32,000 bases of DNA from Microcystis aeruginosa NIES-843 (GTDB taxonomy: Bacteria > Cyanobacteriota > Cyanobacteriia > Cyanobacteriales > Microcystaceae), in contig NC_010296.1 in the NCBI RefSeq assembly GCF_000010625.1, positions 2,250,001-2,282,000 of the forward strand, in the 5' to 3' direction. The notes under the pieces were generated by a model. It did not search any database, had not been told where the DNA came from, and saw only the letters and a list, made by a program, of their open reading frames with translations. Within the stretch, counting starts at the first letter, position 1. Each line of letters begins with the position of its first letter. Shown here piece after piece: positions 1 through 8,289 of this stretch. Both the position numbers and the translations under genes were made by a program.

Positions 1-1
1 A

Positions 2-493
2 AGTCCCTTACCCGACGGTCTTTTTTTTAGTTGGTTATTGCAGATGCAGCGTATTCATCGCTTAGGAGAAGACAATTTACTGCTAATTTCTGTGGATATT
101 CAGTTAACCCCCAATAGTCTGTTAGCTTCAGAACAGTTCGTCATCGGTGGTGGACAATCCCTGCGAGGATATCGGCAAAATGTCCGCTTTGGGGATAATG
201 GTTTTCGTTTCAGTATTGAAGATCGCATTGCACTGGTAAAAAATGAAGTTGGCAATGCAGTCTTTCAGATTGCTCCCTTTGCAGACATTGGTCAGGTCTG
301 GAATAATCCTGACAATCCTGTTACGCTTCCTTCCCAGACGTTTTTAGCAGCTATTGGAGTCGGCTTACTGTGGAATCCGGTGAAACAAGTAGCAGTACGC
401 TTAGATTTTGCCCTTCCTTTCGTCAATTTGAAGGATAGGGGCAATAACATACAAGACAATGGCATTTACTTTAATGTTATTATACGCCCTTAA
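2..493 (+). CDS. C-terminal part of a ShlB/FhaC/HecB-type (TpsB, Omp85-superfamily) outer-membrane transporter; the 5' end lies outside the window
   Basis: Frame 2 is open from the window edge, with no stop before the listed TTG at 38. The sequence looks like beta-barrel strands and carries GGGQSLRGYRQN and LDFALPF motifs typical of this family. Confidence 0.6.
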   Translation, partial: SPLPDGLFFSWLLQMQRIHRLGEDNLLLISVDIQLTPNSLLASEQFVIGGGQSLRGYRQNVRFGDNGFRFSIEDRIALVKNEVGNAVFQIAPFADIGQVWNNPDNPVTLPSQTFLAAIGVGLLWNPVKQVAVRLDFALPFVNLKDRGNNIQDNGIYFNVIIRP

Positions 494-549
494 CGACTCC
501 ATTTCTTACTGTTCTTCCCTAACAACTTAGTTTTTGATGCAAGATTTAA

Positions 550-1152
550 CTACATCCCAACCACCTCAAAGGTAATCGACATAGCCGCCATCTGTCGGGT
601 ATCAATCTGACGCACCTCCGCAAAAGAAGTTGTCCCACTTCCCCGACTTCCCTCATCTAAATCATCCAGAAGACTAAAAATTGCCTCATCTAGTTGGGGT
701 GAATTAATCGGCGTACCTCTAGCACTTTCTCCTCTATCTGCTGCTAAAGTTCTCAACAAATCAATTGCTTTTTTAAGAGGAGTTGTACTAGCAATAACTA
801 AAACTTCAGCCAACCCTAGATCACCGACAACTTTAAAAAACCGATAATGATCCCCTCTATCAACATCAGGAATATTAATAGTTTCTTGAGGAGCAAGTGG
901 AGGTAAATCTTCATTTCCCTGGGATGGAGAAAGAACCATTAAACCACCATCTACACTAACAAGTAATACACAGATATAAAGGGGAAAAGATTCATTATTT
1001 TGAACAATGAGTCGAATTAATGTTCCTAGTTTAATTTTTTGAGCATTGGTAGTTAATCCCCTCACTCCTCTGGTTTGACTGATGGGGGTTATTGTCGCAC
1101 CTCGTACAGTAAAAGATTCTGCTACTAATTGACTACCATCTACCGTTTCCAT
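550..1152 (-). CDS. hypothetical protein, DUF4384-like
   Basis: 200-aa ORF. An in-frame TAG lies 14 codons upstream of the ATG, so it is not an extension of the caspase gene. The pattern KIKLGTLIRLIVQNN..PLYICVLLVSVDGGLMVLSP...INIP...GLAEVLVIASTTPL matches my memory of the DUF4384 consensus, a domain often fused to or found next to bacterial caspases. Confidence 0.5.
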   Translation of the reverse strand: METVDGSQLVAESFTVRGATITPISQTRGVRGLTTNAQKIKLGTLIRLIVQNNESFPLYICVLLVSVDGGLMVLSPSQGNEDLPPLAPQETINIPDVDRGDHYRFFKVVGDLGLAEVLVIASTTPLKKAIDLLRTLAADRGESARGTPINSPQLDEAIFSLLDDLDEGSRGSGTTSFAEVRQIDTRQMAAMSITFEVVGM

Positions 1153-1291
1153 TGCCGCAGCTACACTCAGAAGGGAAGAAGTATTATTAAGTACCTAAGC
1201 AAAATTAATTACACATCTAAGCCACTACTCCGTCAGACTTCTGGTGTGAGGAAACAGTGAACTGAAAACTCAAATCCGATCCCTAATAGCT

Positions 1292-1350
1292 GTCTCCCGT
1301 CTCGGAGTCTCCCGTCTCGGAGTCTCCTGTCTCAGAGTCTCCTGTCTCGA
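1292..1350. repeat. 15-nt tandem repeat (GTCTCCCGTCTCGGA-like) x4
   Basis: Read directly: gtctcccgtctcgga gtctcccgtctcgga gtctcctgtctcaga gtctcctgtctcga. It sits between the caspase stop and the DUF4384-like start. Confidence 0.9.
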
Positions 1351-1372
1351 CTAGGAAATTAATTTTGCACGA

Positions 1373-3016
1373 CTACTTAAGGGTTAACTTGACTAATCTT
1401 GCTGCTAATAATGATTTTAACTTAGGGCGTAATCGCTCAACGGCATCTGTTACTTTTTCCTCGGCAATTCCAGACGAATCGGGAATCAAATCCAATGCAG
1501 GAGAAAATAAAGCAATGCTGCCGACTTCTGGCAATTTTTTAACTTTTAATTGCTGTAATTGCTGATGATAAATGGGGGAAATTCGCCCTAGAATATAGTG
1601 AAAGTTGGTTTGCTCTAAAGATACCACTTCAATGCGTTTAATCGCTTCTAAAGCTTGTTTAGCTTGCTGTAAAGAAGCATCTAAACCAATTCGGAGAGTT
1701 AAATTACCGGGAATTGCCCGCGATCGCTCTTGAAGTAGAGTTCCGGAAGCAATATTATCTCTTGTCCGCATCAGTTTCCCCTTAGCTGTCAACTCTTGAC
1801 GGGACTCTATCTGAACTTGACCTCGTTCTTTTCCTTCCCCATCCACTAAAGTTAAAATTGCCCCCCGACCGAATGCTGCTAAGGTACGCGGATCGATCCC
1901 TCCCAAAAACAGATCCACCCGATTTCCCTGCACTTGAGTGACCACAGCTTCAGCAGGGATTTTCTGATCTGGTTTGAGAAAATAAACCGCTTGCTGGCTG
2001 TTGTTACTTCCCTCCCTAGTATTAAATTCCGGTTGCTGTAATAAACCAGCCGTCGGGAAATATTCCCGTAAAATGCGATCGGTAGTAGCCGTCGCACTTA
2101 TCATTACTTGACTAACTGAATCGCCTCCGGTTTGCTGCCAGAGATAGCGAGTCAAGGTATATGTAAAGATACCGGCAGCCGTATCGCCAAAGGAAGCATC
2201 GATCGCCGCTTGGTCATTTCTAGCAGCCGCGAGCATTATGCCTTTGGGAACGCCTTTTTTTCGCTCTGTGGCCAAGTCTGAAGCGGTCAAGTTGAGTCTG
2301 GACATCAGTTGTTTTTGATATTCCTGTTCCTGGGGACTTGCTAACAGTTGGATGTTAGAGTTTTCAGTCCGGTTTAACTCCTTTAACTCCCGATTTCCAG
2401 GGCGAGATCGCACTGTTAAGATGCCTTTTCTTGCCCCTCCAGAGTGACAACTATCCAGAATAAAAGTGACATTTTCTGTATTAATTGCTTGCATTAACAA
2501 CCACAAAGTATGACCTGTAATATCATTAACTTTTCCTCCTTTATTGGGATAACCTGGAGGCAGAATGCTATCAACAGGAACAATCGTGCTAACTTGCCCA
2601 TCTTGAAAAATTTGATCGGGATCAAAAACTTGAGAACCATGACCAGAAAAGTGAAAAACTACCACATCACCGGGTTGCGCCCATTGAATTAAATGCTCTT
2701 CAAACGCTTGTAGGATATTCTCACGAGTTGCTTCATGATCAGTTAAAAGCAAGATTTGATCGGACTGAAATCCAAAACGGTGAATGAGTAATTCCTGTTG
2801 TAGTTTGACATCATTGACTGCGCCTTCAAGGGCTATCCATCTAGTATCGGGGTAATTATTAACACCCACTAATAATGCCCGTTTACGAGGTGTATTCTCT
2901 GCCAGTACGCTACGATAAAGAATGGCTCGCTGTTTCAATTCCAACTGGCTCAATCCTAAAGTTGCTAATAAAGAACCAGTCAGGGATAGTAATTGCCTAC
3001 GCTTAATTCTAGTCAT
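1373..3016 (-). CDS. caspase-family peptidase C14 (orthocaspase/metacaspase-like) with a twin-arginine signal peptide
   Basis: The His-Cys dyad motifs VVFHFSGHGSQ and FILDSCHSGG are present. The N-terminus MTRIKRRQLLSLTGSLLATLGLS has a Tat-type RRxLL motif followed by a hydrophobic region. 547 aa. Confidence 0.85.
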   Translation of the reverse strand: MTRIKRRQLLSLTGSLLATLGLSQLELKQRAILYRSVLAENTPRKRALLVGVNNYPDTRWIALEGAVNDVKLQQELLIHRFGFQSDQILLLTDHEATRENILQAFEEHLIQWAQPGDVVVFHFSGHGSQVFDPDQIFQDGQVSTIVPVDSILPPGYPNKGGKVNDITGHTLWLLMQAINTENVTFILDSCHSGGARKGILTVRSRPGNRELKELNRTENSNIQLLASPQEQEYQKQLMSRLNLTASDLATERKKGVPKGIMLAAARNDQAAIDASFGDTAAGIFTYTLTRYLWQQTGGDSVSQVMISATATTDRILREYFPTAGLLQQPEFNTREGSNNSQQAVYFLKPDQKIPAEAVVTQVQGNRVDLFLGGIDPRTLAAFGRGAILTLVDGEGKERGQVQIESRQELTAKGKLMRTRDNIASGTLLQERSRAIPGNLTLRIGLDASLQQAKQALEAIKRIEVVSLEQTNFHYILGRISPIYHQQLQQLKVKKLPEVGSIALFSPALDLIPDSSGIAEEKVTDAVERLRPKLKSLLAARLVKLTLK

Positions 3017-3337
3017 AAAATTTCCCTACCTATTTAATACTACCAAATCTTGATACTGAAAGCATTTATTATTGTGATTTTGGGGGAATTTGCCCGGCCG
3101 TTAAGGTGACAATTTAGCCATCTTTTAAAATGCTGATAGACTCTCCTAGATCGCTATTCTCACACCAGCATCGATTTTCTGATGCAGTTCTGTTAAGGTG
3201 GATTCAGTCATTTGAGTTACAGATAGATAATCCAAGTATCGCATAAGGGTAAATACAACTGGGTCACGTTAATAAGCTAAGACGCATTTAAACCGCTTAT
3301 TCTTAGATTAGCCGAACCTCCCCCAATCCCTTTACTG

Positions 3338-3365
3338 TTGCCTTTTGCCTCTTGCCTTTTGCCTC
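3338..3365. repeat. short tandem repeat (TTGCCTTTTGCCTC-type); the reverse complement recurs at 13836-13866
   Basis: ttgccttttgcctcttgccttttgcctc is read here, and ggcaaaaggcaagaggcaaaaggcaaaaggg is read at 13836-13866. Confidence 0.8.
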
Positions 3366-3380
3366 GTCTCAACAAGCAAT

Positions 3381-3461
3381 TTAAATTACGAACAGCTTAC
3401 GTCCCCGCTCATAACGACGACGAACCACATCTTCGGGAATATTATGCCACTGGCTACCTTT
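3381..3461 (-). pseudogene. 27-codon relic resembling the C-terminus of zeta-toxin/AAA-kinase-like proteins
   Basis: Minus-strand translation gives KGSQWHNIPEDVVRRRYERGRKLFVI*, preceded by an in-frame TGA. It recalls the GGHxIPEDVIRRRYxRG C-terminal motif of that family. It is only a fragment. Confidence 0.3.
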
Positions 3462-3624
3462 CTGTCAACTCTCTCTAAAGACTGATGATTTCCTCCTCTT
3501 CTTTTGTGTGTACTTTGTCCGCCTAAATCTTTTAAACTAGAAACATCGGAACTCAATACTGGAGAAACTTCTTATGTCGGAAACCTCTTATCTTTAATTC
3601 CACCCACTTACTTAGGAAATCACC

Positions 3625-4467
3625 ATGGAACTTGAGCAACGAATAGCCGATTTTTATGACTCCTCTAGTGGACTGTGGGAAAGGATTTGGGGCGAACATA
3701 TGCACCATGGTTACTACGGTCGCGGCGGCAAGATTAAACTCGATCGCCGTCAGGCACAAATTGATTTAATAGAAGAATTATTAACTTGGGGTGGTGTCAC
3801 CGGCGCTAATCAGATTCTCGATGTCGGTTGTGGCATTGGTGGCAGTAGTCTTTATCTGGCCGAAAAATTTCACAGCCAAGGGGTGGGGATTACCCTTTCC
3901 CCGGTACAAGCCGCTAGAGCCAGCCAAAGAGCGCAAGAGTTCAATTTAGAAGAAAAAGTCAGTTTTCTTGTGGCTGATGCCCTAAAAACCCCCTTTCCTG
4001 ACGATAATTTTGATCTGGTCTGGTCATTGGAAAGTGGCGAACATATGCCCGATAAAAGGCAATTTCTGCGGGAATGTTATCGGGTTTTGCAGCCCGGGGG
4101 CACTTTTTTGATGGCCACTTGGTGTCATCGTCCCACCACTTCCCTGGCCGGTAATCTAACGGAAGGGGAGATTAAACTATTAAACGAGATTTATCAGGTT
4201 TATTGTCTCCCCTATGTGATTTCTTTGCCAGAATACGCCGATATTGCCCGTGAAATTGGCTTTCAAGACCTAAAAACCGATGATTGGTCCCTATCGGTGG
4301 CCGCTTTTTGGGATGTGGTGATTGACTCGGCCCTAACCACAGATGCGATCGCTGGTTTGTTAGCAAGCGGTTACACTACTATCCAAGGAGCTTTATCTTT
4401 AGGGTTAATGCGGCGCGGTTACGAGTCGGGTTTAATTCGTTTTGGCTTACTGCAAGGGAAAAAATAA
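3625..4467 (+). CDS. SAM-dependent methyltransferase, gamma-tocopherol methyltransferase type (Synechocystis slr0089-like)
   Basis: FYDSSSGLWERIWGEHMHHGYYG, RRQAQIDLIEELL, the SAM motif LDVGCGIGGSSLYLA, WSLESGEHMPDK and YCLPYVISLPEY all match the gamma-TMT family as I remember it. Confidence 0.8.
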   Translation: MELEQRIADFYDSSSGLWERIWGEHMHHGYYGRGGKIKLDRRQAQIDLIEELLTWGGVTGANQILDVGCGIGGSSLYLAEKFHSQGVGITLSPVQAARASQRAQEFNLEEKVSFLVADALKTPFPDDNFDLVWSLESGEHMPDKRQFLRECYRVLQPGGTFLMATWCHRPTTSLAGNLTEGEIKLLNEIYQVYCLPYVISLPEYADIAREIGFQDLKTDDWSLSVAAFWDVVIDSALTTDAIAGLLASGYTTIQGALSLGLMRRGYESGLIRFGLLQGKK

Positions 4468-4524
4468 AGGCCGATCTCTCCATTTCCTTTTAACAAAACT
4501 TAACAATTATTGGCAAAATTTTGC

Positions 4525-4553
4525 TTGCTTTTATCGGGAGATTTTGAGATAAT
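4525..4553 (+). promoter_or_regulatory. sigma70-like promoter motif inside the duplicated unit (second copy at 4804-4832)
   Basis: TTGCTT (4525-4530), a 17-nt spacer, then TGaGATAAT (extended -10, hexamer at 4548-4553). The region is AT-rich, so this could be chance. Confidence 0.25.
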
Positions 4554-4947
4554 ATTTTTAAAAGATTTTATTCATAATGGTAATCTTGGCACTTAACTCA
4601 ATTTCCACAGATTCCCATTATAAGAAAAGCATAGCGCAAACCGCCGCCCAAGTCAAGTCCTTTCCCATACTTATGGGTGCGAATTTCCTGGAATCAAAAA
4701 AAGGGCTTTGGTGGGGTCTGGTGTTGGGGAGATTTTTGCTGGGTTCAGGGAACGAGATATATTTCTTTTTAACAAAACTTAACAATTATTGGCAAAATTT
4801 TGCTTGCTTTTATCGGGAGATTTTGAGATAATATTTTTAAAAGATTTTATTCATAATGGTAATCTTGGCACTTAAGCTGATTCGCACAGGTTACCATTAT
4901 AAGAAAAGCATAGCGCAAACCGCCGCCCAAGTCAAGTCCTTTCCCAT

Positions 4948-5157
4948 TAATTAGGGTCTGCTGAAAAAGTTTTTCCTGGGGGCAGGGTGTGGGGTGTGGG
5001 GTTTTACCGGTTTTGAGGTGGCCAATTACCTAATTTTCAGGGAAAAAGTCCCGGAATTTTCCCCCTGATCACTCCCATGCCAGGGACTTTTTGATTGACA
5101 AAAAGTCTAAAAGTCTTACCCAACAAGGTTTTTAGATTTATTCAGCCAACCCTAATT
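4948..5157. mobile_element. MITE with terminal inverted repeats TAGGGTCTGCTGAAAAAG / TTTATTCAGCCAACCCTA
   Basis: It is present in copy 2 of the duplication and absent from the equivalent site in copy 1 (cccatacttatggg), which gives a filled versus empty site comparison. The same TIR family occurs at 20001-20212, and a fragment at 7743-7797. Confidence 0.8.
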
Positions 5158-5309
5158 ATGGGTGCGAATTTTCAGGAATCAAAAAAGGGCTTTGGTGGGG
5201 AACAGTGATCAGGTAGAACCCGAAGGGAGCGTTCCCAGGTTCTACCTAGGAACGAGATAAAAAGCAAAATTTTGTATTTCTAAAATTCTACACTTAGGTT
5301 TTCCGAAAA

Positions 5310-5383
5310 TGGCTCAGGGCAGATTTGAACTGCCGACCTTGGGCTTATGAGTCCCCTGCTCTGACCAACTGAGCTACTAAGCC
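5310..5383 (-). tRNA. tRNA with CAU anticodon (elongator Met or lysidine-modified Ile2)
   Basis: The reverse complement GGCTTAGTAGCTCAGTTGGTCAGAGCAGGGGACTCATAAGCCCAAGGTCGGCAGTTCAAATCTGCCCTGAGCCA folds as a 74-nt cloverleaf. It has a 7-bp acceptor stem, GCTC/GAGC D stem, GGCAG/CTGCC T stem with a TTCAAAT loop, a CTCATAA anticodon loop and discriminator A. G1-C72 is paired, so it is not an initiator. No CCA is encoded. Confidence 0.85.
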
Positions 5384-5434
5384 GTTGTTTACACAGTTAT
5401 CAATCATAACACACAATCACCCAATTGCACAAGA

Positions 5435-5463
5435 GCAAAAAAGGGAAGAAAAAATCTTCCCTT
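5435..5463 (-). terminator. rho-independent terminator after the LysM/M23 gene
   Basis: The minus strand reads aagggaaga-ttttt-tcttccctt followed by ttttgc. This is a 9-bp stem plus a U-tract, 12 nt after the stop codon. Confidence 0.7.
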
Positions 5464-5474
5464 TGCGGGCATCT

Positions 5475-7328
5475 TTAACGTCTGCCTGGCAGGAAAGCCA
5501 TGGGATTAACTGCGCCCTGGCCGGAGGGGTGAACCTCGAAATGTAGGTGGGGGCCGGTGCTAAAACCGGTGCTACCCATCTGGGCGATTGGCTCGCCTTG
5601 CTGAACAGTTTGGCCGCGACGCACCAGCAGACGGCTGTTATGGGCATAGAGAGTGGTGCTACCATCGGGGTGACGCAGTTTCACCAGATTGCCATAACCG
5701 CCCGAATTCCAACCGGAGGCGATTACTTCACCGGCGGCCGCCGCCACAACTGGTGTACCCACTGGACCGGCGATATCGATGCCGCGATGAGGTCTGCCCC
5801 AGCGCCAACCGAAACCGGAGGTTAACACACCTCTAGTGGGCCAGATAAAGCCGGTAAAAATCGGGGCGGGATTGGGTAAATACTCATCGGGATTAGTGAG
5901 GGGAGGAAGGGAAGGTTCTACAGTTTCGCCGACGGGGATTCGTAGGCGATCATTATATTCTTCCACATTAGTAGGAGCCGAACCGATAATCTGGGGGGGG
6001 GTGCTTTGGTTAGAACGCGAACGAATGGCAGTCCATTGGGGATTAGGGGTTATTTGCGGCTCATCGAGGGTTTCTGTGGGATTATCGACGGGAATAGCGA
6101 TACTTTTCTGGGTTTCCGAAAGATTAGTTTCTCGCAGATTAGCCACCTCTTGGCGCAATCTTTCCCGATAGCTGCCAGTGATATTTTCGGGGAAGTCTTC
6201 CGTCCTCGTGGTGGCAGTTTCCGGGGGCAAATTTGGTCGATTGCTGGGGTTAAAGGAGAGTCTAGCGCGATCGCCGACCAAGGGAGTAAGATTTTGATTA
6301 ACTCTAGCGTTGGCAGAACGGTCGGGAATTACTAGGGTTTGATTAACTTTAATCTGGTTGGGGTTGTCAATGCCGTTTTCCCTGGCTAATTCGGAAGGGG
6401 TGATGCCGAGAACACGAGCGATCGTGTTTAAGGTATCCCCTGGCCGAACCCGATAAACTTGGTTTTCTGGGGGAACTATGACCCGAGGATTGGGAACGGC
6501 GGGAATTTCAGTCACAGGAGCCGGATTTCGTAGGGCAACGCTGGGAATTTCCGGTCTGCTTGTCAAGGGAGGATTAACGGCAATTGTGGCTATCGGGCGA
6601 TCGCTTTCAGGGGTGGGAACGGGAATCGGGATCACCTGGCTGGTTGGTCGGGGGGATTCTTCGGGAGCAATAACGGGAATCTCGACGCTAGTTGGCGAAT
6701 TATCGGGAACGAGAGCGGTAGTTTCGGTGACGATTACTGTTTCCCCGGAATCGGACTGATGGGGGATTTCCTCGGTCCGTAGGGCGGCCAAACTTTCTTG
6801 GAGACGTTGACGGGTTTGACGCAGACTAGCAGAGGAACTATCCAACTGCTCAGGAGTTGCTGCCGGGGCTGCCGGGGGCAACTGCTCAGGAGTGGGAATT
6901 TTTAAGGTTTGTCCGATAATCAGATCGGATTGGGGGGGGAGATTATTGCGGGTAGCGATCGCTGTGGGGGTGGTTTGATAGGTGTCGGCTAAACTCCAGA
7001 GGGATTCTCCCGGTTTTACCTGATGCTCAACCACTGATGTGGCGATGAATTTGACGGTAGCAAGTGCTTGGGATTGGATTATTTGCGGTTCTTTTAGTTC
7101 TTTACCCGCACCTTTTGCTTTTTGGGACAGGTCAATTACTTCCCATTCTAAGGGTACAGAATTGGCGGCCTGGGCTGATTCTGAGGTGGAGTTGAGAATG
7201 CTAGGTACTCCCAGAGAGAGTGCTAATCCCAGCAGGGCAACTGAGTAACGGACTCGGTTAGACTCAGCAGTGCAATTCTGTTCCGGGGTAGCGGATGTCA
7301 TGGGGTTGTGGATAAAAGTCTCTTTCAA
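5475..7328 (-). CDS. LysM domain-containing M23 family metallopeptidase (peptidoglycan endopeptidase)
   Basis: There are two LysM repeats (VKPGESLWSLADTY...GQTLKIP and YRVRPGDTLNTIARVL...NQTLVIP), a Pro-rich linker, and a C-terminal M23 domain with HRGIDIAGPVGTPV and GSTGFSTGPHLHFEV. Confidence 0.9.
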   Translation of the reverse strand: MKETFIHNPMTSATPEQNCTAESNRVRYSVALLGLALSLGVPSILNSTSESAQAANSVPLEWEVIDLSQKAKGAGKELKEPQIIQSQALATVKFIATSVVEHQVKPGESLWSLADTYQTTPTAIATRNNLPPQSDLIIGQTLKIPTPEQLPPAAPAATPEQLDSSSASLRQTRQRLQESLAALRTEEIPHQSDSGETVIVTETTALVPDNSPTSVEIPVIAPEESPRPTSQVIPIPVPTPESDRPIATIAVNPPLTSRPEIPSVALRNPAPVTEIPAVPNPRVIVPPENQVYRVRPGDTLNTIARVLGITPSELARENGIDNPNQIKVNQTLVIPDRSANARVNQNLTPLVGDRARLSFNPSNRPNLPPETATTRTEDFPENITGSYRERLRQEVANLRETNLSETQKSIAIPVDNPTETLDEPQITPNPQWTAIRSRSNQSTPPQIIGSAPTNVEEYNDRLRIPVGETVEPSLPPLTNPDEYLPNPAPIFTGFIWPTRGVLTSGFGWRWGRPHRGIDIAGPVGTPVVAAAAGEVIASGWNSGGYGNLVKLRHPDGSTTLYAHNSRLLVRRGQTVQQGEPIAQMGSTGFSTGPHLHFEVHPSGQGAVNPMAFLPGRR

Positions 7329-7742
7329 ACAGACCTCCTGTGGTGTAAAGAGTTAGCCAGAGCCAGTCGATTAAGCCGATGATTCTAGCTTTCAGCATTA
7401 GCCTTGAGGCTAGAGTAGAAGTTAGGCAACTTTCTTTTTAGTCAAAATACCTAAAGGTGACTTTTAGGAGAGATTAACTTAGATTTTGAAATTGTGCAAG
7501 TCTCCCTCTGACTATTAGCATCGGGATCACGGCAAGTTGGTGACATTTTGAATGTCCAGATTGACGATGCTCTATCTCAGATGTTCCAAGCTGATCAGCA
7601 TTTTTCGTCTTGCCAATTTTTGCCAGTTTTTTCATAGAAATTTTTTATCTGTTTTGCAATTTACAAAGAAATTATTAATCATTCGCCGCTCGACAGGAAA
7701 CAAGGGGCAACGATGGCTATTCAAGGTCAATACCGGATAAAT

Positions 7743-7797
7743 AGGGTTCGCCGAAAAAATTTTTTCTGGGGGCAGGGTGTGGGGTGTGAGGTGTCGG
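7743..7797. mobile_element. truncated left end of the GGGTCTGCTGAA-type MITE
   Basis: agggttcgccgaaaaaattttttctgggggcagggtgtggggtgtgaggtg aligns with 4953-5003 of the intact MITE. No right end is present. Confidence 0.6.
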
Positions 7798-7861
7798 TCG
7801 TCCATAGCAAATTAGGTGACACTTCGTCTTGATGAGAAAAAGGCTGTCAGCATTTCCTTCG

Positions 7862-8289
7862 CTAATTCAAGGATGGTGAGCGCCTGTTCCTTATCGAAAA
7901 TTTGGGTTGAAAACCCCGCCCTTTAGCGGAGCGGAGGGCGGCTTGATTACTTTAACTTTTGGCTCTAACGAACCTGTCATGTAAAACTATCAACAACTTA
8001 TGCTTGTAAAGCTTGTACACTAAGCCTTTAAGTTTTTGTTAGATTGATATTTATCAACTTTAGAGCATTGCTGTGTTGTAAATAGGCTACAATGCCAGCA
8101 GACCAAAGGCAACCTCCTTTAAGTTAAACCGCCCGTGAGTGGTATAAAAAACACAAGTAGGAAAGGCTAGTGGTTGGGCTTCTTTGCACAGAGGTGCGGA
8201 TAACCTCTTAAAAACGCATGGACTCTAACGAGTACCGAAAACTATACTTTGCACGGCTATAACTTGCATTTTTTCCTCAAAGACAATAA
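7862..8289 (-). pseudogene. tnpB: degenerate C-terminal part of an IS200/IS605-family tnpB (IS1341-type RNA-guided nuclease gene); continues at 10984-11150 across the IS630 insertion
   Basis: Minus-strand frames give fragments such as FTTQQCSKV...CTSF (compare the YTSQxCSxCG...CxxCG zinc-finger region of TnpB) and a terminal NQAALRSAKGRGFQP tail over a hairpin, with several stops and frame changes. The segment is far shorter than an intact tnpB. Confidence 0.45.

Larger units (their letters stand above)
4482..5259. repeat. tandem duplication of a ~279-bp noncoding unit (copy 1 at 4482-4760; copy 2 at 4761-5259, expanded by insertions)
   Basis: atttcYttttaacaaaacttaacaattattggcaaaattttgcttgcttttatcgggagattttgagataat... 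recurs at an offset of exactly 279 nt. Copy 2 carries a ~210-bp MITE and a divergent hairpin-containing tail. Confidence 0.9.

Noticed and set aside
1365-2692. ORFs 1365-1565 (+), 1879-2097 (-, alternative frame) and 2510-2692 (+) within the caspase gene.
   Set aside because: They overlap a strongly supported CDS in other frames or on the other strand, and carry no motifs.
3150-3215. 21-codon minus-strand ORF MTESTLTELHQKIDAGVRIAI*, reminiscent of an antitoxin N-terminus.
   Set aside because: It is too short to assign. It ends at an in-frame stop with nothing recognisable following.
4577-4831. 84-aa ORF spanning the junction of the 279-bp duplication.
   Set aside because: It runs across noncoding repeat copies. 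Its sequence is not preserved in the second copy's frame, and it has no motif or ribosome-binding site.
5547-7248. Plus-strand ORFs (5547-5825, 5588-5836, 5836-6171, 6006-6335, 6478-6759, 7039-7248) opposite the LysM/M23 gene.
   Set aside because: They are shadow ORFs antisense to a well-supported gene. They are Gly/Arg-rich low-complexity translations without motifs.
7552-7740. 62-aa plus-strand ORF, and a roughly 50-aa minus-strand ORF (MKKLAKIGKTK...), in the spacer upstream of the M23 gene.
   Set aside because: They are short and low-complexity, with no motifs, in an AT-rich spacer. The evidence is insufficient.
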